A stretch of 64,000 nt of DNA. It comes from Wickerhamiella versatilis (taxonomy: Eukaryota). Shown piece after piece: positions 23,516 through 34,485 of the stretch (position 1 is its first letter; the number at the start of each line of letters is the position of its first letter). The stretch lies in NCBI GenBank assembly GCA_030867685.1, contig JAQOWU010000008.1, positions 1,736,001 to 1,800,000 on the forward strand, given 5' to 3'. A program made the translations under genes and the position numbers. The notes under the pieces were generated by a model. It did not search any database. It was given only the letters and a program-made list of their open reading frames with translations, and was not told the origin of the DNA.

Positions 23516-24492
23516 TTTGATGCATTGACGAAGCTGACTCCTTTGTGAATATTCTTTTCAAGACCAGCTATGGCAACCTTAAGCAAGGATTGCTCATAAT
23601 CTGTGGTCTTAGGCAGGATGTTGGACACTGATTGCGCTCCACCAGGGCCGAGGACTACCGGGGCTGCAAAGTAATCTACACCAACTGCTCTTCTCACTTC
23701 TGAGCCGCCTTCAATGCCATCAAGATGCACGAACGTCGCAGCAGTGACAGACTCGCCGCTAGCCCCTTTAAGAACAGCCTCCGCGAACTCATAGCCTGCA
23801 TATGCCATAGACAATGTTGCTGAGCCCGTTCCCTCCTTAGCCTTGACGACCTCATCACCTCCAAATTGCACTCTGTGGATAAGCGCATCCCGGACCGATG
23901 GATCTAGTTTCGGGGAAGGAGAGGCCAAACTCAGGAGAGGCACAATAGTCTCACCACTATGTCCACCCACAACAGGAATTTTCACATTCTTCGGGTCAGT
24001 TCCTGAGGCGTCGCCAAGGAATGTCCGTGCTCGGACGCTATCAAGGGTAGTCACACCAAAAAGCTTCTTCGGATCGAACACCCCCAATCCCTTCAAAGTC
24101 TCAGCCGCGATCGGTACTGTAGAGTTCACGGGGTTCGAAATCACGAGAATAAAGGCCTTGGGTGCCCACTTTCCGATCCCTTCTACAATTCCCTTAACAA
24201 TACCAGCATTGATTTTGAACAGATCATCCCGTGTCATACCAGGTTTGCGGGGAATACCAGCAGGAATCACGACAATATCCGCTCCTGTAAGAGCCTTCTG
24301 CAGACCATCGTCTTTAGGAAGAAAGCCCTTAACAGCACCCTTTGCACAAATGTGCGAAAGATCGGCAGCAACACCCGGTGAGTTCACCACGTCGTACAGA
24401 TTCAGATCATCGACATAGGGGGACAATCTCAGCAACAAACTAAGAGGTTGGCCAATTCCACCGGCGGCGCCACAAACTACTGCTTTAACCAT
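23512..24492 (-). CDS. MDH2: NAD-dependent malate dehydrogenase without mitochondrial presequence; intron-retained form ends ASK, spliced form adds exon 23457-23463 and ends ASKL
   Basis: [65 protein letters not shown]. Confidence 0.93.
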   Translation of the reverse strand: MVKAVVCGAAGGIGQPLSLLLRLSPYVDDLNLYDVVNSPGVAADLSHICAKGAVKGFLPKDDGLQKALTGADIVVIPAGIPRKPGMTRDDLFKINAGIVKGIVEGIGKWAPKAFILVISNPVNSTVPIAAETLKGLGVFDPKKLFGVTTLDSVRARTFLGDASGTDPKNVKIPVVGGHSGETIVPLLSLASPSPKLDPSVRDALIHRVQFGGDEVVKAKEGTGSATLSMAYAGYEFAEAVLKGASGESVTAATFVHLDGIEGGSEVRRAVGVDYFAAPVVLGPGGAQSVSNILPKTTDYEQSLLKVAIAGLEKNIHKGVSFVNASK

Positions 24493-25111
24493 GGAAAAGC
24501 TGCTCTGGTCCAATTGGGGAATAGAATTCCTTCTTATATCATCTTATGATGGGGTGAGGGGAGATCCTAACCCAGATGTTGGATGCTGGAGAGTATTAGG
24601 TATAAAGTATTTATGCAGCAAGATTCCGTATATTGTTTTATATGTAACAGATTCGGCTTACACGATCCATTGCACCGTCTGATTTCCTGCGTTATTGTTC
24701 TGCTTCGGATTTATTGATTGATCCCATGGTAAAGTACGAGATGCCGACCGTCGGCCGAAATTCAAACCGCTACTACCGATAGAGACCCCAGTGAAACACT
24801 GCAAACGGGTATCATATTCATCATCGTCATACCTTGTGTTTTCAAGACTGTAGAACATATTTCTGACGCCCTGAGATATAAGGTACACTTTGGATAGTCA
24901 TTGCACTTTCGAAAATTATTAAAATCAATCTAGAATGTCTATATTTTTACTAAAACTATGGGGAGCATATATTATTATAACATATATTATTATCAGTAAC
25001 TTCCCTGAACTGAACTCTTCGATGAGAAATTCACAGACTACATATGGCTAGTCTGTGCAGTGCCAATTCGTAGTCAATTCAGTACTTGATGGTAACTAAT
25101 GCCCATCAACT

Positions 25112-28100
25112 TCACGAGGAAAGAGTCTGTAGACCGACAAGTTCAGAGTATCGACCTTTCTTCGCAATCAGCTCCGCATGGTTGCCTTGCTCAACGATGC
25201 GCCCATCTTCAAACACATATATCATGTCTGCCTTTTGAATAGTGGATAAACGATGTGCTATAGCAATTGTCGTGCGGCCCTTTGCTGCCTCATCTAAAGC
25301 AGCCTGAACAACCTTTTCGGATTCAGAATCAAGTGCCGACGTCGCTTCATCGAGCAGCAATACCTTTGGATTTCTGATTAATGCACGGGCAATAGCAATA
25401 CGCTGCTTCTGCCCGCCACTAAGAAGAGTCCCCCGCGAGCCGGAGACGGTATCATAACCATCCGGAAGACTCATTATAAAGTCATGGATATTAGCCTTCT
25501 TTGCAACGTCGTGGATCATTTCATCAGTCACCTCGCTTTCATCTCCAGGCCAACCAAGCAAAATGTTTTCACGAAGAGTACCACTATAGAGCGTTGGCTC
25601 CTGGCTGACCAGTGCAATATGGGACCTTAATGACTGAATATTATACTCAGTGATGTCACGACCATCAAAAAGCACTTTACCTTCCTGGACGTTGTAAAAG
25701 CGCTCTGTAAGACCAATAGTGGTAGACTTACCACAACCTGAAGGTCCAACTAGAGCAATATACTGACCTTCATTGGCTTTTAGGGATGCACCGCGGAGTA
25801 CCGGAACCTGTGGTCTCATTGGATAGCGGAAATATACATCCTGAAGTTCTATGTTACCATGAACATCTTCAGAGTTTAGAACAATTCCGTCTTTAGACCA
25901 AGAATCAATAATAGGAATAGCCTTATGCATGCGGTAAATGTTCTTCGCCGCAATACGGGCCTTTCCGATATCAGGCGCGTAACTGAAGATCTGACCCGCC
26001 GCCTGTGCACCCAGAACAACAGCCATGAATACAACAAAGTATGAAAAGACATTAGCCTGTCCTCTACTCATCACCTCAGAGCCCCACCAGTAAATAAAGG
26101 CAATCGTCCAAGGTGTCAGCCCCTGTGACAGACCATAAAGTACCGCAGATTTACCAATAGCCAGACGGGATTGTGAGATCTGCTGGTCAATGGCTGCACT
26201 ATACCGACTAACCACGCCGTGCTCACGCGTAAGAGATTGAACTGTCCGCACCGCACTCGTGTACTGAGCAGCCATTGCGCCAGAATCTTCATAGACCTTG
26301 CGACTACGGTCGCTGATTGCATTCATAACGTACACTCTCAGGAATCCACAGGTTAGCAGCACTGGCACCACCGCCGTAGCAACTAAACCAATTCTCCAGT
26401 TGAACGGAATACCTGTAATGATACCACCGAACAAAGTCGTGAGACTTTGCATTATTTGTCCAGCAGTTGCCCCTCCAAGTCCTTCGATTGCTTTAGCTTC
26501 CTTGGCCAAAATGGCAGTTAAAGCACCCGGTGAATTGTCCTTGTGGTCAAAGAAAGCAATGTCCATACGTAAGAACTGTTCAAAAAGCCGCGCGCGGACT
26601 CTTCTAACAAGCCGGTCACTGGAAAACGACATACAAAAGATTGCGGTAAAAGCAAAAATCCAAGCAGAAGCACCCAAAAAGAACATCCACCAGCCCATTA
26701 CATTAACATTATGACGCATTTCGCTATATTGACTCTTTGGAACAATAATATCACCAATGATTCTCGCACTGGTCATTCCCATCGATGGGTAGCAGTACCC
26801 AAGGAGCATAGCAGCAATAGCTCCTAAAATTAGTATAGGATGCTCAGGCTTATTTAGGCCCCATAGCATTTTGGCGTAATTCCATGCCGAGCTGTCCCCT
26901 GGCTCAGCTATTCCAGGAATATTTTCACCGCCTTCACTTTCAGCTTTTGCCTCGCCCTTCGCATCTTGCTGTTGGACAAGAAATTCATCTTCTTGAACAA
27001 CGAGAGTATCGCCCTCTGCTCCTGTACCCTGCTTCCCGTCACCGCCATGATCCTCGGTGGATTTTGAGACTTCCTGTGCAGCTACCAGGCTCGCATAATA
27101 GCCTTTCATTTCAAGTAAATGCTCGTGTACCCCTTGCTCAATGATTTTCCCTTGGCTCATTACCACTATATTATCGGCATCCTTGATAGTTGACAGCCTA
27201 TGTGCAATGACAATTGTAGTACGGCCTTTAGAAGCACGGTCCAGAGCTTCTTGGACAATGCCTTCAGACTTAGTGTCTAAAGCAGAAGTAGCTTCATCTA
27301 GTAGCAGAATCTTCGGATTCGACACGATGGCCCTGGCAATGGCGATACGTTGCTTTTGACCTCCAGACATCAAAAACCCGCGATCGCCTACATTAGTGTC
27401 ATATCCCTCGTTGAGAGTTGTAATGAAGTCGTGAGCGTTGGCCTCTTTGCAGGCAGTAATTACCTTTTCTCTCTTAACATCCTCAGACGCATTTTCCCAC
27501 TCCGTACCTATCAGCCCGTACGAAACGTTCAAGTAAATAGAATCACTGAACAGCGTCGGTTCCTGTTGCACATATCCAATCTGTCGACGAAGCCAACCTA
27601 AATTTAAGTCAGAAATTTCGATACCATCGAGCGTGGTGGAGCCGCTCAGCGGCAAGTAAAATCGCTCAAGTATACCAACAATTGTCGACTTGCCGGATCC
27701 TGACATACCCACTAATGCAACGGTTTGCCCTGGTTGTATATCCAATGAAAAATCGGGCAATACGAGCACGTCTGGGCGTGAAGGGTATCTGAATCGCACA
27801 CTCGTCAGGTTAATATGGCCGTCACATTTTTCCGGAACTATTCCGCTCGTAGACTCACTGTCAATAACAGGCTTTCGGTCGATCGCCTCATTTATAGTCT
27901 TGCAAGCCGCTACACCTTTGGCGATAAAACGAATGTTCGGACTCATATTACCCAATTGAAAAGAGCCGATCATCATTGCCATTACCGCTGAGAAAACCTT
28001 TCCAATATCTGCCTCACCCCATGCTATGACTCGAGAGCCCTCCCAGTAACCGAGTCCAAAAATCCAGAACAAGCCTGCCCACACAAATGCAAGCATCAGA

Positions 28101-29041
28101 GCAAACGAAAAACCAGATTTATGGGACTGCTTTGAAGCTCTATGCAAAACATCATCAAACTTTTTCGCAAGCCTGTCCTGAATACCAAATGCGATTGTGG
28201 AGCGGGCACTTCCCAAAGCTTCCTCAGCTATAGTTGAACCATTGGAATAAATCTTATCAGCCCTCACTTGGAATCTCACGAGTGCAGCAGCTCCACCGCC
28301 CATCACGAATAGATTGTAGAAGACTGCCGAAAGAAGCACTAAAGCTACCTTCCACTGTCGGGCCAACCCAATGACCACAGCAGTGATGAAACAGGATAAT
28401 CCCATGACAACATTACCCAGTTTTTCAGATATAGCTTCCTGAATTGCTGTGGTATCATTGGTAATACGTGTGGCAATCTCACCACTGCCCAACTTATCGA
28501 AATACGCAATATTTTGGCGAATGACCGCATTCAGATATTCTTTTCGGTATTTTCCTGCCAGAACCTCACCTCGATTCACAAGTAAGACACTCTCAAGAAA
28601 TGCAGATACAAGCATTGCCACACCTATATAGACGAAGTACAAAACAAGGTGATCAGTCTGTCGCATAAATGCGTGCGAATCTAGTGAAGCCGAACCAAAC
28701 AAACCGTTGAAATTATTTACAAGCCCACCTACGACAAGCGTAAACATAGGAAGTGACACACCATGCACCGCGGCAAAAAAGATACCTAAAAGCTCAAGCA
28801 CGATATCTAGAGGAGACGCAAACCTGTAGAGAGTGAAAATTGAGGCATTTCTGGGCTTTATATCCAATTGCTGTCTAAGTTTGTCTGCCTCGGAGGTAGG
28901 AAGACGATTCAATTTTTCCTCCATGGTATCCCCTTTTTCCATCACCATTTCACCAGCATCGTTTTTTTCTTGAATCTCTGAGGACGATCCCGAAGGCGAG
29001 TTCCCATCAGGAGCCTCCTTGTCCACATATCCTTGTCTCAT
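25112..29041 (-). CDS. Full-size ABCB (P-glycoprotein/MDR1-type) exporter
   Basis: TMD-NBD-TMD-NBD; Walker A GMSGSGKST and GPSGCGKST, signatures MSGGQKQR/LSGGQKQR, LLLDEATSALD twice; 1309 aa. Confidence 0.95.
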   Translation of the reverse strand: MRQGYVDKEAPDGNSPSGSSSEIQEKNDAGEMVMEKGDTMEEKLNRLPTSEADKLRQQLDIKPRNASIFTLYRFASPLDIVLELLGIFFAAVHGVSLPMFTLVVGGLVNNFNGLFGSASLDSHAFMRQTDHLVLYFVYIGVAMLVSAFLESVLLVNRGEVLAGKYRKEYLNAVIRQNIAYFDKLGSGEIATRITNDTTAIQEAISEKLGNVVMGLSCFITAVVIGLARQWKVALVLLSAVFYNLFVMGGGAAALVRFQVRADKIYSNGSTIAEEALGSARSTIAFGIQDRLAKKFDDVLHRASKQSHKSGFSFALMLAFVWAGLFWIFGLGYWEGSRVIAWGEADIGKVFSAVMAMMIGSFQLGNMSPNIRFIAKGVAACKTINEAIDRKPVIDSESTSGIVPEKCDGHINLTSVRFRYPSRPDVLVLPDFSLDIQPGQTVALVGMSGSGKSTIVGILERFYLPLSGSTTLDGIEISDLNLGWLRRQIGYVQQEPTLFSDSIYLNVSYGLIGTEWENASEDVKREKVITACKEANAHDFITTLNEGYDTNVGDRGFLMSGGQKQRIAIARAIVSNPKILLLDEATSALDTKSEGIVQEALDRASKGRTTIVIAHRLSTIKDADNIVVMSQGKIIEQGVHEHLLEMKGYYASLVAAQEVSKSTEDHGGDGKQGTGAEGDTLVVQEDEFLVQQQDAKGEAKAESEGGENIPGIAEPGDSSAWNYAKMLWGLNKPEHPILILGAIAAMLLGYCYPSMGMTSARIIGDIIVPKSQYSEMRHNVNVMGWWMFFLGASAWIFAFTAIFCMSFSSDRLVRRVRARLFEQFLRMDIAFFDHKDNSPGALTAILAKEAKAIEGLGGATAGQIMQSLTTLFGGIITGIPFNWRIGLVATAVVPVLLTCGFLRVYVMNAISDRSRKVYEDSGAMAAQYTSAVRTVQSLTREHGVVSRYSAAIDQQISQSRLAIGKSAVLYGLSQGLTPWTIAFIYWWGSEVMSRGQANVFSYFVVFMAVVLGAQAAGQIFSYAPDIGKARIAAKNIYRMHKAIPIIDSWSKDGIVLNSEDVHGNIELQDVYFRYPMRPQVPVLRGASLKANEGQYIALVGPSGCGKSTTIGLTERFYNVQEGKVLFDGRDITEYNIQSLRSHIALVSQEPTLYSGTLRENILLGWPGDESEVTDEMIHDVAKKANIHDFIMSLPDGYDTVSGSRGTLLSGGQKQRIAIARALIRNPKVLLLDEATSALDSESEKVVQAALDEAAKGRTTIAIAHRLSTIQKADMIYVFEDGRIVEQGNHAELIAKKGRYSELVGLQTLSS

Positions 29042-29967
29042 AGTGATTCAAGAAGTGTGTGTACTTGGGCTGTGTAATGGTTGTAGAGAATGTTATTTCT
29101 ATCACACGTGTTATGTAACCGGGGAGATGCCTGCCGGGTCCGAGGAGCTCAGACCCAGTCTTAAAAAGCTATATGCATGCAAATGTATATATGTTTTGGG
29201 TTATCACATTTCTTTTGTTCTCTTTTTCTCAAATATAAAGCAACTTTTTTGCACATAAAGACGTTCAATTCTAAAAGGTAGCACGAGCTTGTGAGTCAAA
29301 CACTATTATTAGTAACTATCTAAATAGATTTAGCATAAATTCTCTTATTCCCATAAGAGTATTGCAAGTAGCTGTTAGATCTATTGATTAGAGTGCTGGT
29401 CAAATTTATTCCGTAGCCATTTATAAGGATCTTGCCTTGTTTACAACGCAAAACACCTCGATCTTTCTTATTTTTCTTCGCCACAGAATATGATAGCTTA
29501 AATTCTGACAAACCGGTATCTAGGCGAGATGCAAACCTCCTAAACGTAAAGTATAAAGACCGATGCTTATCGTGGCTTCATGTGCAACGATGCTTGAGTA
29601 ATTCCCTGTCTCTGAAGCATGATAACGACTCATTTTTCCCCTACATCACCTACTATTTTCATCAAGGCTTCGCCGCCATCCTGCTTATCATGCATTTTCT
29701 TTTATGATGATCGCAATGGCAATATGCTCTCGGGTATTTGCTTATAGCTATATTCCATGGCTGCTCTAATAATATATCAAGCAGCTGTCGTCGATTTGCA
29801 TAGATAAAGAAAGTTTAGCTTGTCTAGTCCAATTACTCGCTTCAGCTTTACAGTTGATATAAATCTTTTATTTCAAGTAAAAAAAAAGTCGCTACCTTTT
29901 CGATTAGCTGTCTTTATGTTCATCTCCGGTTACAGTTTAAAGCCATCAATATTCTGACTAATCTGGC

Positions 29968-31701
29968 ATGAGCACTCCTGACGTTTATGAGCGTGGAGAG
30001 ATAATTGGTCGGGGCAACTTTGGCGTGGTTTACAAAGGTCGAAATCGAAATACAGGAAAAGTAGTTGCGATTAAGTCCCTAGATCTCGACACAGTGCATG
30101 ATGAGGTCAGTGATGTTCAGCAGGAGGTCGCGTTACTGGCACGATTGTCGAGCCAAAACGCAAATATCACGAAATATTACGGTACATCCCTCCATGGCTC
30201 AAAATTGTGGATTTTCATGGATTTATGTGCAGGTGGATCCGTTCGGACCATTTTAAGAGCCACAAGACTGGAAGAAAAATACCTGTCAGTTATATTCCGT
30301 GAACTGCTCGTAGCCGTGGCACACATCCATCATGAGGGCATCATTCACCGTGATATTAAGGCAGCTAATGTTCTAATCACTACGCAGGGTCAGCTGAGGC
30401 TTTGTGATTTTGGCGTAGCAGCAGAGACTAGCATAACTGAGAGGGCAAAACGCACAACAATCGTAGGAACACCTTACTGGATGGCACCAGAAGTTGTCAT
30501 TGAAGGTGCTTCCTACAACAATAAGGCCGATATCTGGTCCCTGGGCATCACTCTCTTTGAAATGGTAACTGGAAATCCCCCTTATAGTGATCAAGAAGCA
30601 ATGCGTGCATTGCTTTTAATATCAAAGCAAAGGCCGCCCCGTCTCGAAGGTGCACAATATTCGCATCCCTTAAAGGACCTGGTCGCTATATGTTTGGATG
30701 AAAACCCTAATGAGCGTCCTAGCGCAGACGAACTTCAAAAACACAAATTTGTTCGTCAATATGCAAAAACACCTACACACGTTTTGCGTGACTTAGTCGA
30801 TAGATACCGCTTGTGGCGTGAATCCCAACCCGATCGACGAAATTCTTTGCATGATGATTTAGATGAATTCCGTGAGGAGTCCGACTCTGATGACCCTAGT
30901 GATTGGGATCTTGAGGATATAACTGGTACGACAATTCCACCATCGCCAGCTTCGGAGGAAGCAAGCTTGAGACATGCACCAGAGTCATTGCGGGAAATCT
31001 TTGGGGTTGAAGCCGCCGAGGACGATGGTGTGGAGCAAGATATTCCCCAGCCACCTCCACCTCTGCATAGAGCTGCAACTGATTTCACTCGGAGCTCATC
31101 GTTCCATGCTCAATCATCTAATAACGTCTCCACATACGGACAAACTAACGCAGCCCCTGCCGCTGCAGTGGCCTCACAGGTGAGACCCCGAGCCTCATCG
31201 GTTCGGCAGTCACATCAGCCACCCTATGGTGTACGGCCGCTTGCAAGACATATTAGTGAACCATCAGCGCCTTATTTCTCAGAGGTCCATCGCCCAGCGG
31301 ACGAATCATCGCCGACAACGCCTAAAGATGATGTTATGAAATTTCCGCATACGCAGCCGCTAGCTGCAAAAATCGGTCGGAGCCAAGGCCCAACTCCAGC
31401 AGCAGGTGCGCACTCAACTCCTTTAGCATCTCCAAGATCTCCTTCCCCGGTGCGTAAAAGTCCTGCAAAGATTCCATCCGCCAATGGCCGCGTTCTTGGT
31501 AAGGTAAATCATCAGGCTCTCCCTCGGCTTGTTATGCCATTTTCTGTAGCACGTAACGGAGAATTTCCTACGCTGCCTCGAGTAGATATGGTGCAGCTGC
31601 TGGACAGCACACCCGAGGAAACAGTGTCACAACATGTGAAGCAAATTCTAAAGGGTATGGAGATGGCCCTCACAACATTCTCAGCCCAGACAGAACAGTA
31701 A
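29968..31701 (+). CDS. KIC1: Ste20/GCK-family kinase (Kic1/Nak1-like)
   Basis: GRGNFGVVYKG, VAIK, HRDIKAANVL, CDFGVAA, GTPYWMAPEVVIEG; long disordered C-terminus. Confidence 0.85.
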   Translation: MSTPDVYERGEIIGRGNFGVVYKGRNRNTGKVVAIKSLDLDTVHDEVSDVQQEVALLARLSSQNANITKYYGTSLHGSKLWIFMDLCAGGSVRTILRATRLEEKYLSVIFRELLVAVAHIHHEGIIHRDIKAANVLITTQGQLRLCDFGVAAETSITERAKRTTIVGTPYWMAPEVVIEGASYNNKADIWSLGITLFEMVTGNPPYSDQEAMRALLLISKQRPPRLEGAQYSHPLKDLVAICLDENPNERPSADELQKHKFVRQYAKTPTHVLRDLVDRYRLWRESQPDRRNSLHDDLDEFREESDSDDPSDWDLEDITGTTIPPSPASEEASLRHAPESLREIFGVEAAEDDGVEQDIPQPPPPLHRAATDFTRSSSFHAQSSNNVSTYGQTNAAPAAAVASQVRPRASSVRQSHQPPYGVRPLARHISEPSAPYFSEVHRPADESSPTTPKDDVMKFPHTQPLAAKIGRSQGPTPAAGAHSTPLASPRSPSPVRKSPAKIPSANGRVLGKVNHQALPRLVMPFSVARNGEFPTLPRVDMVQLLDSTPEETVSQHVKQILKGMEMALTTFSAQTEQ

Positions 31702-31802
31702 AATGTCGGCTCCCAGACGCATAAAAGAATTCTAGGTGATATTTAACCACCACATTGTTGAGTGGACAATTTTAGTAGTATATTCTAACTCTTATCTTAA
31801 GT

Positions 31803-32189
31803 TTAATGACCCGGTTTGACCACTAGATTGTCAAGATCCTCCCGTTCCTTAATCTGAGCCTCCGCCTCAAGCAGATAGGGGATTAGATAGTCGGTGTCTT
31901 CTTCCGGTTTGACCCAGTCCTTCTCCGGCAAAATCTGCTGGGTGAGTGACATTTGCATGGCAGTAGCGATTCTGAACACCCGCTTGTAGCTCTCTTCCTG
32001 CGGGATTCGACGAAGGGCCGTGGCCATAACTTCATTCTCCTCTATGAAGAGGTCCTCGGTCTTCAGACCAAGCTTGCGGTAACCAGCAAGATTGGTGAAC
32101 AGGTTCGACGCAGGGACAAAGATGTTCTTCAAAGCAGGACGCGCCAGAATGTACTTCGAAATCGCTTCCAGCTGCGTGAACGTGGACAT
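31803..32189 (-). CDS. QCR7: Cytochrome bc1 complex subunit 7
   Basis: NLAGYRKLGLKTEDL, ALRRIP..E.Y.R.FRI, LP...WVKPEED..YL.PY. Confidence 0.95.
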   Translation of the reverse strand: MSTFTQLEAISKYILARPALKNIFVPASNLFTNLAGYRKLGLKTEDLFIEENEVMATALRRIPQEESYKRVFRIATAMQMSLTQQILPEKDWVKPEEDTDYLIPYLLEAEAQIKEREDLDNLVVKPGH

Positions 32190-32217
32190 GTTCTCAAAGT
32201 GCTTACTTCTTGATCTA

Positions 32218-32256
32218 TGATTGGATAATCGATACCTTCAATTGGGATCACGTGAT
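32218..32256. promoter_or_regulatory. CCAAT boxes and palindromic E-box upstream of QCR7
   Basis: TGATTGG 32218-32224, ATTGG 32241-32245, ATCACGTGAT 32247-32256; Hap complex and Cbf1-type sites typical of respiratory genes. Confidence 0.4.
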
Positions 32257-32532
32257 TAGAAATGAAGAAAATATATTTTCTTCTCGTAAATATCAAGCTG
32301 TCTTAAAACTAGAATTAACCTCAATAGACATTGTTCTATTACTTCCCGATGAGTGGTTTAAGCTCGGTGAGCTAATTGGTTAGTAGCTATATTGATAGGG
32401 CAAACTTATCACTGCCTTCTGCAAAAGAAATTTTACCCAACTGCAGCCAAGTTTTTTGAATTTTTACTCGACACAGCTAGGTATTTGTGCGTAACGATTT
32501 TTTGTGACCGTCCCAAACTTGACCACTTACTC

Positions 32533-33578
32533 ATGAAGGTGTCGAAATTTCTGAGAGGCCCGAAGTCTCCTCCATTTCCTGTTCGAGGCTCTTCATTCAA
32601 TGATATGCTTGTAGAAGGAACTAAAGCTCGGAAGCGTTGGCATGGTCAAGATAAGGATGCTTTTTTCAGGGATAAATATGCCCATGTTCATGTAAAGCAG
32701 ACCAGAGATCAACCAACAAAAAAGCTTTACCCTCAAAGGTAACTCAAACCCCTAATGACCAGTTTAGGATCCGCTTGAGGCAGAAACTTGAAAAAGACAA
32801 GCAATTAGAATATGTTTATGGCACGCAAGCTGTGAAGGCAGTTCTTCAGAATCGCAAAGTAAACTGCCTATATTCTGGTTATAACTCCAACGAAACGGAT
32901 TTAGGCATACTGAAAAAGTGCAATGAGCTCAGGATTCCAGTCAAGACTTTAACACCGCTCCAGCATTTGAACATAATGACCTCAAACTCAGCAATTCATA
33001 ATAAATATGTGGCAGAAACATACAAGAGAGACATTCCCAAGGTGAATGATTTATCCATTTCTGATAATCACATCGAGTTTGGCAGCGGTAAAGCTATCGA
33101 AACCCGCCGAAATAGACCTATTGGCATCTACTTGGATGAAATCACGGATCCACAAAATCTTGGCGCAATCTTGCGAAACTCATACTGGTTTGGAGCAGAC
33201 TTCGTGGCTATAAGCGGTCGTAACTCCGCCCCTTTGTCCCCGACTGTTGTAAAGGCTAGTGCAGGTGCAAGTGAGTTTATCCCCATTATGGAAATTCCTA
33301 AGCCATTGCAATTTTTTGACAATCTTCGCCATCAGCAATGGAATATCATTGCCTCAGGACCCTCTAAGAACTGGGGACTCAGATCCGTCCCGCTAAATCA
33401 ACTAAAAGAATTACAAGGCCCTCTGCTAGTCGTTGTCGGATCCGAAGGTGAGGGCTTGCGGAGCTCTCTTGCGCAGCGAAGTACACATAGCACCATGATT
33501 CCACGTCGAGAGGGGCTGGAAATCGACTCGCTTAATGCTAGCGTAGCCGCAGCATTTTTATTACATTCATGCATTTAG
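32533..33578 (+). CDS. MRM1: Mitochondrial rRNA 2'-O-methyltransferase (SpoU family); frame interrupted near 32718-32767
   Basis: First ORF has a basic presequence-like start and DAFFRDKYAHVH; second has LEYVYG, LDEITDPQNLGAILR, KASAGA, VGSEGEG, DSLNASVAAA. Confidence 0.85.
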
Positions 33579-33600
33579 ATCCTACGTACTTAAGCATCAA

Positions 33601-34485
33601 TTAATACCTTGTGTAGCCCGTATGATCAGGAGGTTCCTCAATGACCATCTCATAAGGGAGGGTAAGCTGCTTGAGGATATTGAAACCTTCCTTCTTTTCA
33701 ATTTCTAATTGCGATTCACTTTTGGCAAGGATGAGCCCTATGGTGCCCAATGAGTTTATAGAGATACCGTCATCAGTCTTCTCTGCAGTTCTCGGTGTAA
33801 TTAGTAGCCATTTTTGTGTGAACACAACATTATAGCTCAAAGGAAGCTCAGATTTAGCGAGACGAGTCATCGTCTGTCCGAGTAGCTCTGCATACCTCAA
33901 AGTCATGGTATCACCATTTGCCCCATCTTCGATGCCAACAATGAAATGTTCAAATGGAAGTCTTTTGTCGTTAACCACAGTTCCTGGAGTAACATTTGGT
34001 GTTGTATCAGGGAATGGCGAGAAGTTTTCGGGGAGAGTCAAAAATTGGATATGTTTGTGATCAATACTAGCACCAGAATTGAGCCCACAATTGTAGAAAC
34101 CTACATGTCGCTTACCACTCTCTGAATCTGCCTTACGCAAAACCTCAAGAGAAGTATTCCAGTCTTCTTCACTAAGGATGCCAGTCTGCGGCTCATGCTC
34201 ACTTGTAACCAGTAAGAAGTGATATTTGGCCACAGCAAACTTATTCAAAACGAGCAGATAACGTCCCAGTTTTTCAACCACCAAATCCTCATCTGGGGGT
34301 AGCCAGGGTGACTTTTTTTCCAGAGACTGCTTGGGGGGACTTGGCTTCTGTGAAAGGGCCGGGGCCAGCGTATAGATTGCAGGAACTCCGTTAGTGGTCT
34401 GAGATCTGTACTCGGTGGATGGCGTGAATACTAGTTTTCCTTTAGCAAGTGCCTCGTTGAACTTCGCTTCAATGTTGCGATACAT
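33601..34485 (-). CDS. APA2: Ap4A phosphorylase / ATP adenylyltransferase (Apa1/Apa2 family)
   Basis: PALSQKP, LNKFAV..HFLLVT, FYNCGLNSGASIDHKHIQF, SYNVV, INSLG..G.ILAK. Confidence 0.88.
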   Translation of the reverse strand: MYRNIEAKFNEALAKGKLVFTPSTEYRSQTTNGVPAIYTLAPALSQKPSPPKQSLEKKSPWLPPDEDLVVEKLGRYLLVLNKFAVAKYHFLLVTSEHEPQTGILSEEDWNTSLEVLRKADSESGKRHVGFYNCGLNSGASIDHKHIQFLTLPENFSPFPDTTPNVTPGTVVNDKRLPFEHFIVGIEDGANGDTMTLRYAELLGQTMTRLAKSELPLSYNVVFTQKWLLITPRTAEKTDDGISINSLGTIGLILAKSESQLEIEKKEGFNILKQLTLPYEMVIEEPPDHTGYTRY

